Origin: an archaeon
GTDB lineage: Archaea > Nanobdellota > Nanobdellia > SCGC-AAA011-G17 > PNOQ01
Direction of reading: 5' to 3'
DNA length: 64,000 nucleotides
Assembly (NCBI GenBank): GCA_018671245.1
Contig: JABHIB010000001.1
Span: 31,888-95,887, forward strand
Shown: positions 37,506-46,691 of the stretch, in pieces
Position numbering within the stretch: the first letter of the stretch is position 1
How the letters are laid out: every line of letters starts with the position of its first letter
Notes under the pieces: model-generated
The model's input: only the letters and a program-made list of their open reading frames with translations
What the model was told of the DNA's origin: nothing
The model's database searches: none
Position numbers and translations under genes: made by a program

Positions 37506-37580
37506 CGGACCTGCAGGGATTTGAACCCTGGATCTTCAGCTTAGAAGGCTGACGCCTTATCCAGACTAGGCTACAGGTCC
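37506..37580 (-). tRNA. tRNA-Arg(TCT)
   Basis: TCAGC-CTTCTAA-GCTGA anticodon arm, GGTTCAAATCC. Confidence 0.95.
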
Positions 37581-37728
37581 ATCAAATTTTAGAATCATTT
37601 TTGTTTTATAAAAGTTACTAAATCAGATAAACCCTACTAATCAATTCGAAGCACTTAAAAATAACTAGAGCTTATCAAATTACGAGCTTGGCAACAAATT
37701 AGGGGTGAAAAATGTATGGAGTATCAAT

Positions 37729-38388
37729 ATGCCGAGAAAACCTCAAGAAAAAATGAGCGAAGCAGAATTCACAGTTTATTACAAGGGAAAAGACCGAGGA
37801 AATCATAATGATATTGGAGTGATATCTCAATTTTTAGATACAAATTTAATTTTCCAAGATAATACTGAAAGAATTCTATCTGGAGAAAATCAGATAGATT
37901 ATGAAGAATTCAAATTACTAGTTTATGATTCAAAATATCAAAAAAGAAAAAAAGTTTCAGCGCATGGAATTCACAAAGAAACAGAAACTAATTTTTTAGG
38001 AGAATACGCTCTCCTTTCAGATCTAGAGAGTACAAACAATCTATCAAAAATAGTTGCTTTTTCAAGATTTATTGCTGACGAATATATAATTCCGGTTGCA
38101 GAACAAAAACTATCTCCAGAAACATTCGAAACAAATTTTGTATTTTTCGGAGAGGAAGATTTTTCTTCAATAAAAGAAGTTTGGGAGAATGAAGTTATCC
38201 CTGATGTTATCAAATTAACTATGAATGGGGAAGGAGGAAAAGCATATCACGAGCTATCAAGATATGTGAATCTCTTAGAAATAATCCAAAAGGATATGTC
38301 GATAGATATAAGGCCTATGGAAAAATTAGAGAATGCAATAATCAATATAGGTATAATGCAAGGAAAATGTTTGAAGGAGGGTTACTAA
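37729..38388 (+). CDS. hypothetical protein
   Basis: long ORF with normal composition; no motif recognised. Confidence 0.6.
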   Translation: MPRKPQEKMSEAEFTVYYKGKDRGNHNDIGVISQFLDTNLIFQDNTERILSGENQIDYEEFKLLVYDSKYQKRKKVSAHGIHKETETNFLGEYALLSDLESTNNLSKIVAFSRFIADEYIIPVAEQKLSPETFETNFVFFGEEDFSSIKEVWENEVIPDVIKLTMNGEGGKAYHELSRYVNLLEIIQKDMSIDIRPMEKLENAIINIGIMQGKCLKEGY

Positions 38389-38390
38389 AC

Positions 38391-39047
38391 ATGAAAATAG
38401 AAGCAATAATAACTGATATGGATGGAACTCTAGTGCAGTATGAGAATAGTGATTACAAAAGTAGTTGGGACGCCATAGGAAATCGGCTAACTGGTTGGAG
38501 AAAAGATCAATGGTTTTTAAATTTAGATATTTATTACAAAGAAAAAGATAGATTAACTGAATGGTCAGAAGCAAATGCAATACTACTAAAAGGATTAGAG
38601 GTAGAGAAAATAAGAAATGCACTTCTACCAGTACCATATAGTAAAGGTGTTAAAGATTTTTTTAAAAATCCTTCAAGACTAGAAGTAACAGGAATTCTTA
38701 GTGGAGGAATAAGTATAGTTGCAGATGAAATAAAAAATGAGTTAGATATGTATTTCGCACTCTCCTGTAGTTTAGGAACAGAAAATGGTTATTTTAATGG
38801 AGAAGTAGATGTTCTAGATATGTGGAAAAAACATGAAGTGCTTGAAGATGTTTTAAAGAAAGATTATAACATATCTATGGAGAATGTTTGTTACATTGGA
38901 GATCACGATAATGATATATCTGTATTCCGAAGGGCTGGGCTTTCAATAGCATTCGATCCAAAAACACAAAAAACTATAGATAATTCAAATCATACTATCT
39001 ATGATTTTAAAGATGTTAGAGAGATCTTAGGAATATATTCAACTTAG
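38391..39047 (+). CDS. HAD family hydrolase (SerB-like phosphatase)
   Basis: DMDGTL, LSGG, K, IGDHDND. Confidence 0.85.
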   Translation: MKIEAIITDMDGTLVQYENSDYKSSWDAIGNRLTGWRKDQWFLNLDIYYKEKDRLTEWSEANAILLKGLEVEKIRNALLPVPYSKGVKDFFKNPSRLEVTGILSGGISIVADEIKNELDMYFALSCSLGTENGYFNGEVDVLDMWKKHEVLEDVLKKDYNISMENVCYIGDHDNDISVFRRAGLSIAFDPKTQKTIDNSNHTIYDFKDVREILGIYST

Positions 39048-40790
39048 AATTGCTTTTATTCTTCTTACTCCAGCAGAGCTGGATTTTTCTTTTACTATTT
39101 CAAATTTACCTATCTCTTTAGTGTTTTTAACATGAGGTCCTGTACAGATTTCTTTAGAGATTTTACCTATACTATAAACTGAAACTTTTCCAGAGTATTC
39201 AAAAAGTCCAATAGCTCCAGCTTTTTTTGCTTCACTTATAGTCATCTCATCCATCTTCACCACAATATCTTTTTTAATCCAATCGTTAATTGTTTCTTCA
39301 ACTTTCTTTATTTCTTCTTCAGTTAGTTTCCTATCAAAATTAAAATCAAACCTAAGTCTCTCCGAAGTAATATTTGAACCTCTCTGTTCAATATCTTCTT
39401 TTAGAACTTTTTTCAAAGCAGAATGTAATAAATGAGTTGCAGTGTGGAGTTTGGTAACTTCTTCAGATTGATCAGCAAGTCCAGAACCGAACTTTCCTTT
39501 AGTAGATGTCCTAGATATCTCTTGGTGTTTTTTTAACTCTCTCTCAAATCCTTTAACATCAACTTTAACTCCATTCTCTTCTGCAAGTTCACGAACGATT
39601 TCTAAAGGGAAACCATATGATTGGAATAATAAGAAAGCATTTTTTCCAGATATCTTTCTGTTCTTGGTCATTTCCTTAAATTTTTTAAGGCCTTTTTCCA
39701 AAGTCTGTTCAAATTTAGTTTCTTCTATATCTAGTTCATCTAATATTTTTTTTCTTTTTTCCTTAAGTCCTGGATAGTTTTTAGAATAGATTTTAATTAT
39801 CTCTTTTGATATCTCTCCACAAAGATTTTTTTGAGAGATCCCTAAGATTCTTCCATGCCTTATAGCTGTCCTAATCAATCTTCTCAAAACATATCCTTGG
39901 TCAGCATTTGAAGGGGCAACTCCATCATTAATCAAGAATGTTGCCGCTCTAACATGGTCTGCAATTTTTCTAACTGATATCTCTTCAACTTCGTTAACTT
40001 TATCAAAGCCAGCAAGTTGTTTTATTTTTTCAACTATAGGCACAAAATTACTAGTCTCATAAATTGAGTTTTTCCCCTCAAGAATCATAATAATTCTTTC
40101 AGTTCCCATTCCAGTATCAACATTTTTCTGTTTTAATTCCGAGTATTTCCCTTCTATATCTTTATTATATTGCATGAAAACATCATTCCAAATTTCTATC
40201 CAGTTTGAATCAGTTGGATCAAATCTTTCAGGAGCATCGCCTTTTCCTGCCCAATAGAACATTTCAGTACAAGGTCCACAAGGTCCAGTTTGTCCTGCAG
40301 GTCCCCACCAATTGTCTTTTTTTCCAAGGTAAGCAATCCTCTTTTCAAAGATGCCATTATCTTTCCAAATTTTCACACTCTCTTCATCTTTTGGTGAATC
40401 TTTATCTCCAGCAAATACACTAACTCCTAATCTGTCAACTGGAAGATTTAACCATTTTTTATCTGTGAGAAATTCAAAACTCCAATTAATTGCATCTTCT
40501 TTCCAATAATCTCCAAGTCCCCAATTACCAAGCATTTCAAAGAAAGTCAAATGAATATCATTTCCAACTTCATCTATATCCCCAGTTCTCAAACACTTCT
40601 GAACATTAACCAATCGTTTTCCAGATGGATGTTTCTGTCCAAGTAGATAAGGCACTAATGGGTGCATTCCAGCAGTTGTAAATAAAACAGTTGGATCATT
40701 CTGAGGGATTAAAGAAAAGTTAGAAATCTCTTTATGTTTTTTAGATTTAAAAAATTCAATATATTTTTCTTTCAATTGATTTGATCTCAT
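39039..40790 (-). CDS. alaS: alanine--tRNA ligase (short form)
   Basis: DPTVLFTTAGM, HLTFFEMLGNW, DTGMG.ER; editing motifs HTATHLLH and CTGPH. Confidence 0.95.
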   Translation of the reverse strand: MRSNQLKEKYIEFFKSKKHKEISNFSLIPQNDPTVLFTTAGMHPLVPYLLGQKHPSGKRLVNVQKCLRTGDIDEVGNDIHLTFFEMLGNWGLGDYWKEDAINWSFEFLTDKKWLNLPVDRLGVSVFAGDKDSPKDEESVKIWKDNGIFEKRIAYLGKKDNWWGPAGQTGPCGPCTEMFYWAGKGDAPERFDPTDSNWIEIWNDVFMQYNKDIEGKYSELKQKNVDTGMGTERIIMILEGKNSIYETSNFVPIVEKIKQLAGFDKVNEVEEISVRKIADHVRAATFLINDGVAPSNADQGYVLRRLIRTAIRHGRILGISQKNLCGEISKEIIKIYSKNYPGLKEKRKKILDELDIEETKFEQTLEKGLKKFKEMTKNRKISGKNAFLLFQSYGFPLEIVRELAEENGVKVDVKGFERELKKHQEISRTSTKGKFGSGLADQSEEVTKLHTATHLLHSALKKVLKEDIEQRGSNITSERLRFDFNFDRKLTEEEIKKVEETINDWIKKDIVVKMDEMTISEAKKAGAIGLFEYSGKVSVYSIGKISKEICTGPHVKNTKEIGKFEIVKEKSSSAGVRRIKAILS

Positions 40791-40826
40791 ACAATCATAA
40801 CAGAATAAAGTTATTTAAAAATTTAT

Positions 40827-41222
40827 CTAAACTTTAAGTTCAGACAATCTTTTTCGTATCTCATCTATATCTCTATCTAGGGAGGTTTTCACAACTTTTG
40901 TTTTTTTAATCTGATGAACTTTCGAAACTTCCTTTTTCTTCTTCCCATTCAATTCAATATCTCTCTCAATCTCTTCAACTTTAGGAAGTTGTTTCTCTCT
41001 AATCAGCTTAAACTCTTTTTCTATTTTCCTCATAAGAGTTCTAACTTTTTTCATAAGAGTTATTTTTTTATCTCTAAGTAAACCATATCTCTCATAACTT
41101 TTTAGAATAGAAGTAGAATCTATTGCAGAATGTAGGATCTCTTCTCTCAGAACTGACGGACTTCCTACTCTTACAAAAGTAGTACTATCCTCATTTGCAA
41201 CACCTGCTTTCTTTTTGGCCAT
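40827..41222 (-). CDS. hypothetical basic coiled-coil protein
   Basis: ORF co-oriented with alaS; TFVRV followed by helices. Confidence 0.65.
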   Translation of the reverse strand: MAKKKAGVANEDSTTFVRVGSPSVLREEILHSAIDSTSILKSYERYGLLRDKKITLMKKVRTLMRKIEKEFKLIREKQLPKVEEIERDIELNGKKKKEVSKVHQIKKTKVVKTSLDRDIDEIRKRLSELKV

Positions 41223-41223
41223 T

Positions 41224-41742
41224 TTAAAGTTCGAATAATTTTTTATCTACAACAAGAAGTTTATTTTTAATTTTATCTATATCGTTGTGCCATTTAGCTA
41301 ACTCTCTGTCTTCTTCAGCCCTTATTTTACTAAGTTCTCCAAGTACACCGTCAGCCTCTTTACACAATCCTTTAATTGCTTCTATAGATTCAATAGCATC
41401 TTTATATGCTTCAATTTTAACAAAGATTGGCTTATCTCCTTCAACTCTTTCTACAGGTCTTCCAACACCAACGCTTACAATTGGTTTAACAATCTTCGGT
41501 AATCCAATTTTAGGCATACCCATAGGAGCAACAATTTTTTTTCGAGGCCTAATCATAGGTTTTTCTACCTCTTTTTTTATTACACCAAGGTCCTCAGCAT
41601 TATACTTAGGATATCCTCTATTTTCAGAAGGCAACTCTGGTAACTTAGGTAATCTTAAATCAGGAATTCCTCCCTTTTTAGCACTAGAAACAGTCTCACC
41701 AAAATCAAATTCTTCTTTTTTCTTCTTTTTGAAAAGTCCCAT
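41224..41742 (-). CDS. hypothetical protein (Pro-rich linker, C-terminal coiled coil)
   Basis: MGLFKKKK N-terminus; KPIFVKI followed by heptads ending in KKLF. Confidence 0.7.
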   Translation of the reverse strand: MGLFKKKKKEEFDFGETVSSAKKGGIPDLRLPKLPELPSENRGYPKYNAEDLGVIKKEVEKPMIRPRKKIVAPMGMPKIGLPKIVKPIVSVGVGRPVERVEGDKPIFVKIEAYKDAIESIEAIKGLCKEADGVLGELSKIRAEEDRELAKWHNDIDKIKNKLLVVDKKLFEL

Positions 41743-41892
41743 AATGAATTCCTCCGATACTAAAATTTTATTTTATACATTCTTAAAGTTTCTGTGTTAT
41801 CAATAAGTGGTGAATTTTAGAAAAATAGAAAAATTCTGCCAAATAACAAGCTTTTTAAAGTGTTTTATCCCAAAATGACTAAAGAATAAAAA

Positions 41893-42408
41893 ATGGATAT
41901 CGATTTTGAAAAGATTGGGGATTTGGTAGCAAGATTAGCAGGAAAAGATACTGTCGAACTATCACAACTTATCATAGAGGGGAAGGAGAATGTTTCAGAA
42001 TTTTTACTAGCTGAAAAGCTAGAATTAGGAATAAATCATGTCCGTAATAGGTTATATCGGTTACAAAAACACAATCTTGTTAGCTCAATGAGGAAAAAAG
42101 ATAAGCAAAAAGGTTGGTATATATATTATTGGACGTTCAATCTTGTCCAAGCTAAAAGTTTAATAAAATCTCTAAAAGAAGAAGAGATTGGATCACTAAA
42201 AAAACGATTGAAGAAAGAAGAAGAAGATCATTACAAATGTTCTAGAAACTGTTTAAGATTGAATTTTATGAATGCAATGGATAATGAGTTTAAATGTCCT
42301 CTTTGTGAAGGCATGTTAAAACAAACAAACAATAACAAGATAATAAAAGAGATTAAAAAAGAGTTAGAAGTTTTACTTGAAGAACCTTGTGAAAAAATAG
42401 CGGCATAA
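41893..42408 (+). CDS. tfe: transcription factor E (TFE alpha)
   Basis: LAEKL...IN.VRN.LY.L, GWYIYYW, Zn ribbon C...C...F.CPLC. Confidence 0.9.
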   Translation: MDIDFEKIGDLVARLAGKDTVELSQLIIEGKENVSEFLLAEKLELGINHVRNRLYRLQKHNLVSSMRKKDKQKGWYIYYWTFNLVQAKSLIKSLKEEEIGSLKKRLKKEEEDHYKCSRNCLRLNFMNAMDNEFKCPLCEGMLKQTNNNKIIKEIKKELEVLLEEPCEKIAA

Positions 42409-42410
42409 TT

Positions 42411-42971
42411 CTATATTGGGGGACCATTTAGTACCTTAGCACCGTCAAAAGGTCCAAAAGGTATCATATTAAAGAAGAATAATATCATATTCAACATCTT
42501 CGTCATGTGAAGTGCAGCTAACTGTGTTCTATTCAACCCTTCCATCTTCTTAAGTATAATCAAAGCAGTAATCCATAATATCAGATTGACTGCAGGACCA
42601 GCAAAAGCAATTAATCTATATGCTACTGCATCAGCAATAACTGGTATCTCTACATATCCTGGTGCGATAAGAATAAATGGGGAATTTAGTAATTTCATAA
42701 CTAATCCTATTCCTAATCCAAATGGAAACATTTTGAAAGTTGCATTCAACCCATAAGATAATGCAACAAATTTATGTGCTAATTCATGTAACACTACAGC
42801 AGGAGCTGTAACTACAACTGCAAACTTAAAATCTTCCATATTAAATTTATTTGGATGCATCATATCATAAACTGTTTTAGGCCTACTTATGAATCTCCCA
42901 GTAAGTATATATCCTATAACTCCAGTCATTATAATTAATTCAATAATCTCTCGAAGAGTAATCAATACCAT
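42411..42971 (-). CDS. M50 family metalloprotease (site-2 protease, short)
   Basis: HELAHK, AGPAVN, NMIPFGPFDG. Confidence 0.88.
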   Translation of the reverse strand: MVLITLREIIELIIMTGVIGYILTGRFISRPKTVYDMMHPNKFNMEDFKFAVVVTAPAVVLHELAHKFVALSYGLNATFKMFPFGLGIGLVMKLLNSPFILIAPGYVEIPVIADAVAYRLIAFAGPAVNLILWITALIILKKMEGLNRTQLAALHMTKMLNMILFFFNMIPFGPFDGAKVLNGPPI

Positions 42972-43072
42972 ATTAATCATATAAAATTGATTAATTTAAA
43001 AGAGTTTCTTTTCTTGTCATTATGACAAAACCAACTAACCAATTTTATAAATAATGTTTCACTCTCAAAAAT

Positions 43073-44296
43073 ATGGTTTTGATTAAAATAGATAAAAAGA
43101 AGCTTTTAGAATCAAGATCTCAAACTTTATTCAAGATAAAAGAAATAATTGGAGAATTCAACAGCACCTCCCCTCCCTCAGTTTTTGTAGGTTCGAAGCT
43201 ACAATATCCTGCAGTAAATGTAGGAATACTCTCACCCCCCGAACAAAAAAAGGATGCTTGGTTATATGATGCACAAAACTATTGGGCAAAGAATGAATTC
43301 AAATTAGAGGACGTAATAAATTTCAGAAGATCACTAATTAATTCAAGATTTAAATCAAATGTAAATGCTATAACTAGTTCCCAATCCAATCTAAATAAGA
43401 AGTTCTTAGAAATCTCACAAGAATTAGCAATGGCAACAAAATCTGTAGATTTAGAGATGGAACTAAAAAAGAAAGCGATGATACGACTAGATTTCGATAA
43501 TGTGAATATGCCAATGGGTCCAAGAGCAGAACTAAAGAATGTAAAACTCACAGAAAATCCAAGAATCCACACAAAGATAGAACAAGTCGTATCAGATATA
43601 GATTTAAAATCAACAGAGGCGATCTCAACCCTCTACAAAAAGAACTTTGATGAACATGCAATTTCAAAATTACTATCTATAGGAATGTTCGGATTAAAAA
43701 AAGATAGGAGATTGGTTCCAACACGATGGAGCATAACTGCAACAGATGATTTAATCGGAAAAAGTTTACTAGAAAAAATAAGATATTATCCGAGGCTAGA
43801 AGAACATAAAATATTTTTTGGAAATTATTTTGGAAATTATTATCTGGTAATTTTACTTCCTGAAATGTTATCTTATGAGTTATTCGAAATGTATCTTCAA
43901 GATTCTGCCTGGAACAAAGCATCTGGGATAAGTATGGCAACAGATTTTGAAGATTTTTTTGGAAGGAAAAAATATGCTTCAAACACAGTCGGTGGATACT
44001 ATGCAGCAAGACTAGCAGTTTTAGAATATTTAACTAAAATCAAGAAGCAGGCATCAATTTTAGTATTAAGATTTGAGACTCCAGAATATTGGGCAAGTAT
44101 GGGAGTTTGGGTTGTAAGATCTGCAGCAAGAAAAGCAATGGAAACAAAAGAAGAAAATTTCGAATCTAAAGATGTGGCACTAAACTATGCATATGGAAAA
44201 ATAAAAAAACATCTCAATTTTGATATAACTCAAATATTGAAAGAAAGTAAAATATTAAATAAAAAACAAATTAGTTTGAATAAGTTTATTTCTTAG
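43073..44296 (+). CDS. nreA: Nre family DNA repair protein
   Basis: SPPSVFVG...YP.V.VG, LVPTRWSITA.DD, GGYYAARL, GVWVVR; C-terminal PIP box QISLNKF. Confidence 0.9.
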   Translation: MVLIKIDKKKLLESRSQTLFKIKEIIGEFNSTSPPSVFVGSKLQYPAVNVGILSPPEQKKDAWLYDAQNYWAKNEFKLEDVINFRRSLINSRFKSNVNAITSSQSNLNKKFLEISQELAMATKSVDLEMELKKKAMIRLDFDNVNMPMGPRAELKNVKLTENPRIHTKIEQVVSDIDLKSTEAISTLYKKNFDEHAISKLLSIGMFGLKKDRRLVPTRWSITATDDLIGKSLLEKIRYYPRLEEHKIFFGNYFGNYYLVILLPEMLSYELFEMYLQDSAWNKASGISMATDFEDFFGRKKYASNTVGGYYAARLAVLEYLTKIKKQASILVLRFETPEYWASMGVWVVRSAARKAMETKEENFESKDVALNYAYGKIKKHLNFDITQILKESKILNKKQISLNKFIS

Positions 44297-44570
44297 CTTT
44301 GGGTTTCCTTTTAGGTTTCTTTTCTACAACTGGCTCTTCTTCAATCTCTTCCTCTTCTTGAACAAACTCTTCTTCAATACTCTCGTTTCTTTCGCTTATT
44401 CCAATCAAGAAGATTATCAAACCTATTAATGCGATAAATGCACCCATATTACCTATAACTAATTTCAAAGCTATGATAAGTTGTGTTCTAAAAAAATCCC
44501 ATCTGACATAGGTATATAATCCACCCATAATCATCATTAAACCGCTTATGATTTTTAATAAATGCTTCAT
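44286..44570 (-). CDS. small membrane protein
   Basis: 2 TM helices, then an acidic and a basic tail. Confidence 0.65.
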   Translation of the reverse strand: MKHLLKIISGLMMIMGGLYTYVRWDFFRTQLIIALKLVIGNMGAFIALIGLIIFLIGISERNESIEEEFVQEEEEIEEEPVVEKKPKRKPKAKK

Positions 44571-44679
44571 TTTTGTTCCTCCTAAACCGAAATGATAACC
44601 AATCTCAATATATATAGTTTTTGGAATAATTCCCAAATACAGAAACTTTTATAAACCGTTTCATTTCACAAACCATACT

Positions 44680-45252
44680 ATGTATAAACACATTAGAGAA
44701 CTCTGGAAAAAACCTAAGGAATCTTTGAAAGAATTATTTACTGAAAGGTTGATAGTTTGGAGAAGAGATCCAACAATAGTTAGGTTAGATAGACCAACAA
44801 GGTTAGATAGAGCTAGATCTCTTGGATACAAAGCAAAGCAAGGATATGTTGTAGTTAGAATAAGACTAAACAAATCTAAAAGGATGCGTCCATTAATTAA
44901 GAAAGGTAGAAGACCAAAGGCAAGAAGAAGAAAGAAAATTGTTGGAAAGAGTTACCAATGGATTGCAGAAGAAAGAGCATCAAAGAAATTCACAAATCTT
45001 ATAGTTTTAAACAGTTATTTCCTTGTAAAGGATGGTCTTTACAGATGGTATGAAGTTATACTGGTTGATCCTGATCACTCAGTAATCAAGTCAGATAAAA
45101 AAATTAACTGGATTTGTAATGGTAAACATAAAGGAAGAGCTTTCAGAGGATTAACTTCGGCTGGTAAAAAGTCAAGAGGACTTAGAAAGAAAGGAATCGG
45201 CGCTGAAAAGATTAGACCTAGTTTAGGTGCGAATAAGAGAAGGGCTAAATAA
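44680..45252 (+). CDS. rpl15e: 50S ribosomal protein L15e
   Basis: [37 protein letters not shown]. Confidence 0.97.
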   Translation: MYKHIRELWKKPKESLKELFTERLIVWRRDPTIVRLDRPTRLDRARSLGYKAKQGYVVVRIRLNKSKRMRPLIKKGRRPKARRRKKIVGKSYQWIAEERASKKFTNLIVLNSYFLVKDGLYRWYEVILVDPDHSVIKSDKKINWICNGKHKGRAFRGLTSAGKKSRGLRKKGIGAEKIRPSLGANKRRAK

Positions 45253-45259
45253 TATTTTT

Positions 45260-45502
45260 CTAAATTCTTATAATTTTAATTTTATCTTTATTTAAGGCAA
45301 AGAATATTGTTCCGAGAATCAACAAAATTCCTACAAACATAAATCCAACAGCTCCCAGTAATAATACTAATCCTATCAAGAAAGGGAATATTAAAGAGAT
45401 TAAGATCCTATTTTTTAAATTAAATATCTCCATATCTCCAAGTTTAACAAATATAAATAACGAGACTAACAATGAGATATACAATATTGTCCTACCTACC
45501 AT
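45260..45502 (-). CDS. small hypothetical membrane protein
   Basis: hydrophobic 80-aa ORF with a TATA-like element upstream. Confidence 0.55.
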   Translation of the reverse strand: MVGRTILYISLLVSLFIFVKLGDMEIFNLKNRILISLIFPFLIGLVLLLGAVGFMFVGILLILGTIFFALNKDKIKIIRI

Positions 45503-45542
45503 AAACAAAAGTTTATAAAGTAAATTTATTAATCTTTCTACA

Positions 45543-46574
45543 ATGATTCCAAAGAAGAAATTAAAGGAAATAAGGGAGTATTTGTTAAAAGCTGAGAATC
45601 CTCTATTTTTTTATGATGATGATCCTGATGGATTATGTTCATACATGTTATTTAGAAAACTAATCAACAAAGGTAAGGGAGTTATTGTAAAATCTGTTCC
45701 AATTCTAGATGAAAGATTTGTAAGGAAAGTAAAAGAATACTCTCCAGATATAGTTTTTGTACTAGACATGCCAGATATATCTCAAGAATTCATAGATAAT
45801 GTGGATGTCCCTATAGTTTGGTTAGATCACCATCAACCTGTAAAAAGAAAAGGTGTTAAATATTATAATCCTCGATTAAAAATACCGAGAGATAACAAAC
45901 CTACTTCGTATTATGCATACAAGGTAGTGGAACAAAATCTTTGGATAGCGACACTTGGTACAGTTTCAGATTGGCACAGGCCAGACTTTGCAAAGAAATT
46001 CATAGAACAATATCCTGATCTTCTTCAAAAGAAATTAAAAAAACCAGAAGAGGTATTGTTTGATAGTAGGATTGGAGAGTTAGCTCTATTAACTTCGTTC
46101 TTACTAAAAGGTCCTATGAATGATGTAATAAGTTCAATAAATGTATTTTCGCAGATAGAGAGTCCTTATGAAATTTTGGATCAGACTACACCAAAGGGAA
46201 AATTATTATTCAAAAGAGCAAATAAGTTTAGAAAGGACTACAAGATTATGTTAGAAGATGCTCTGAAAACAAAGTCTAATGGGAATCTTTTCATCTACTA
46301 TTATCCTTCACAGAAGAACTCATTTACTAGCGAGTTATCAAACGAACTACTTTACAGGAAACCTAAGAAGATAATCATAGTTGCAAGAGAATCAGAAGGT
46401 TATATGAAATTAAGTTTCAGAAGTTCAAAGATAAAGTTACCAAAAAAGATAAACAAAGCTTTAGAGGGTCTTGATGGATACGGTGGCGGGCACGAACTTG
46501 CATGTGGTGGAAAGATAAATACACAGGATTTCGATGAATTTTTAGAAAGGTTCAAAAAATTAATAAAAAATTAA
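45543..46574 (+). CDS. DHH family phosphoesterase with DHHA1 domain
   Basis: DDDPDG, LD, LDHH, SFRS, GGGH..ACG. Confidence 0.88.
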   Translation: MIPKKKLKEIREYLLKAENPLFFYDDDPDGLCSYMLFRKLINKGKGVIVKSVPILDERFVRKVKEYSPDIVFVLDMPDISQEFIDNVDVPIVWLDHHQPVKRKGVKYYNPRLKIPRDNKPTSYYAYKVVEQNLWIATLGTVSDWHRPDFAKKFIEQYPDLLQKKLKKPEEVLFDSRIGELALLTSFLLKGPMNDVISSINVFSQIESPYEILDQTTPKGKLLFKRANKFRKDYKIMLEDALKTKSNGNLFIYYYPSQKNSFTSELSNELLYRKPKKIIIVARESEGYMKLSFRSSKIKLPKKINKALEGLDGYGGGHELACGGKINTQDFDEFLERFKKLIKN

Positions 46575-46691
46575 TAAATTCTATGTTCTAATTTATACAA
46601 TAAATAATCTAAGTTAAACACTATATATGTTTATATATCAAGTCGATTTAATTTCAATAATCTAAATTAATATTATTTAAGAGGTGCAAAA

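Noticed and set aside
37432..39047. integrated mobile element at the tRNAs
   Set aside because: No integrase and no duplicated tRNA 3' end (att site) found in the window
41285..41806. 173-aa plus-strand ORF
   Set aside because: Antisense shadow of 41224-41742; Ser/Leu/Phe-rich mirror composition
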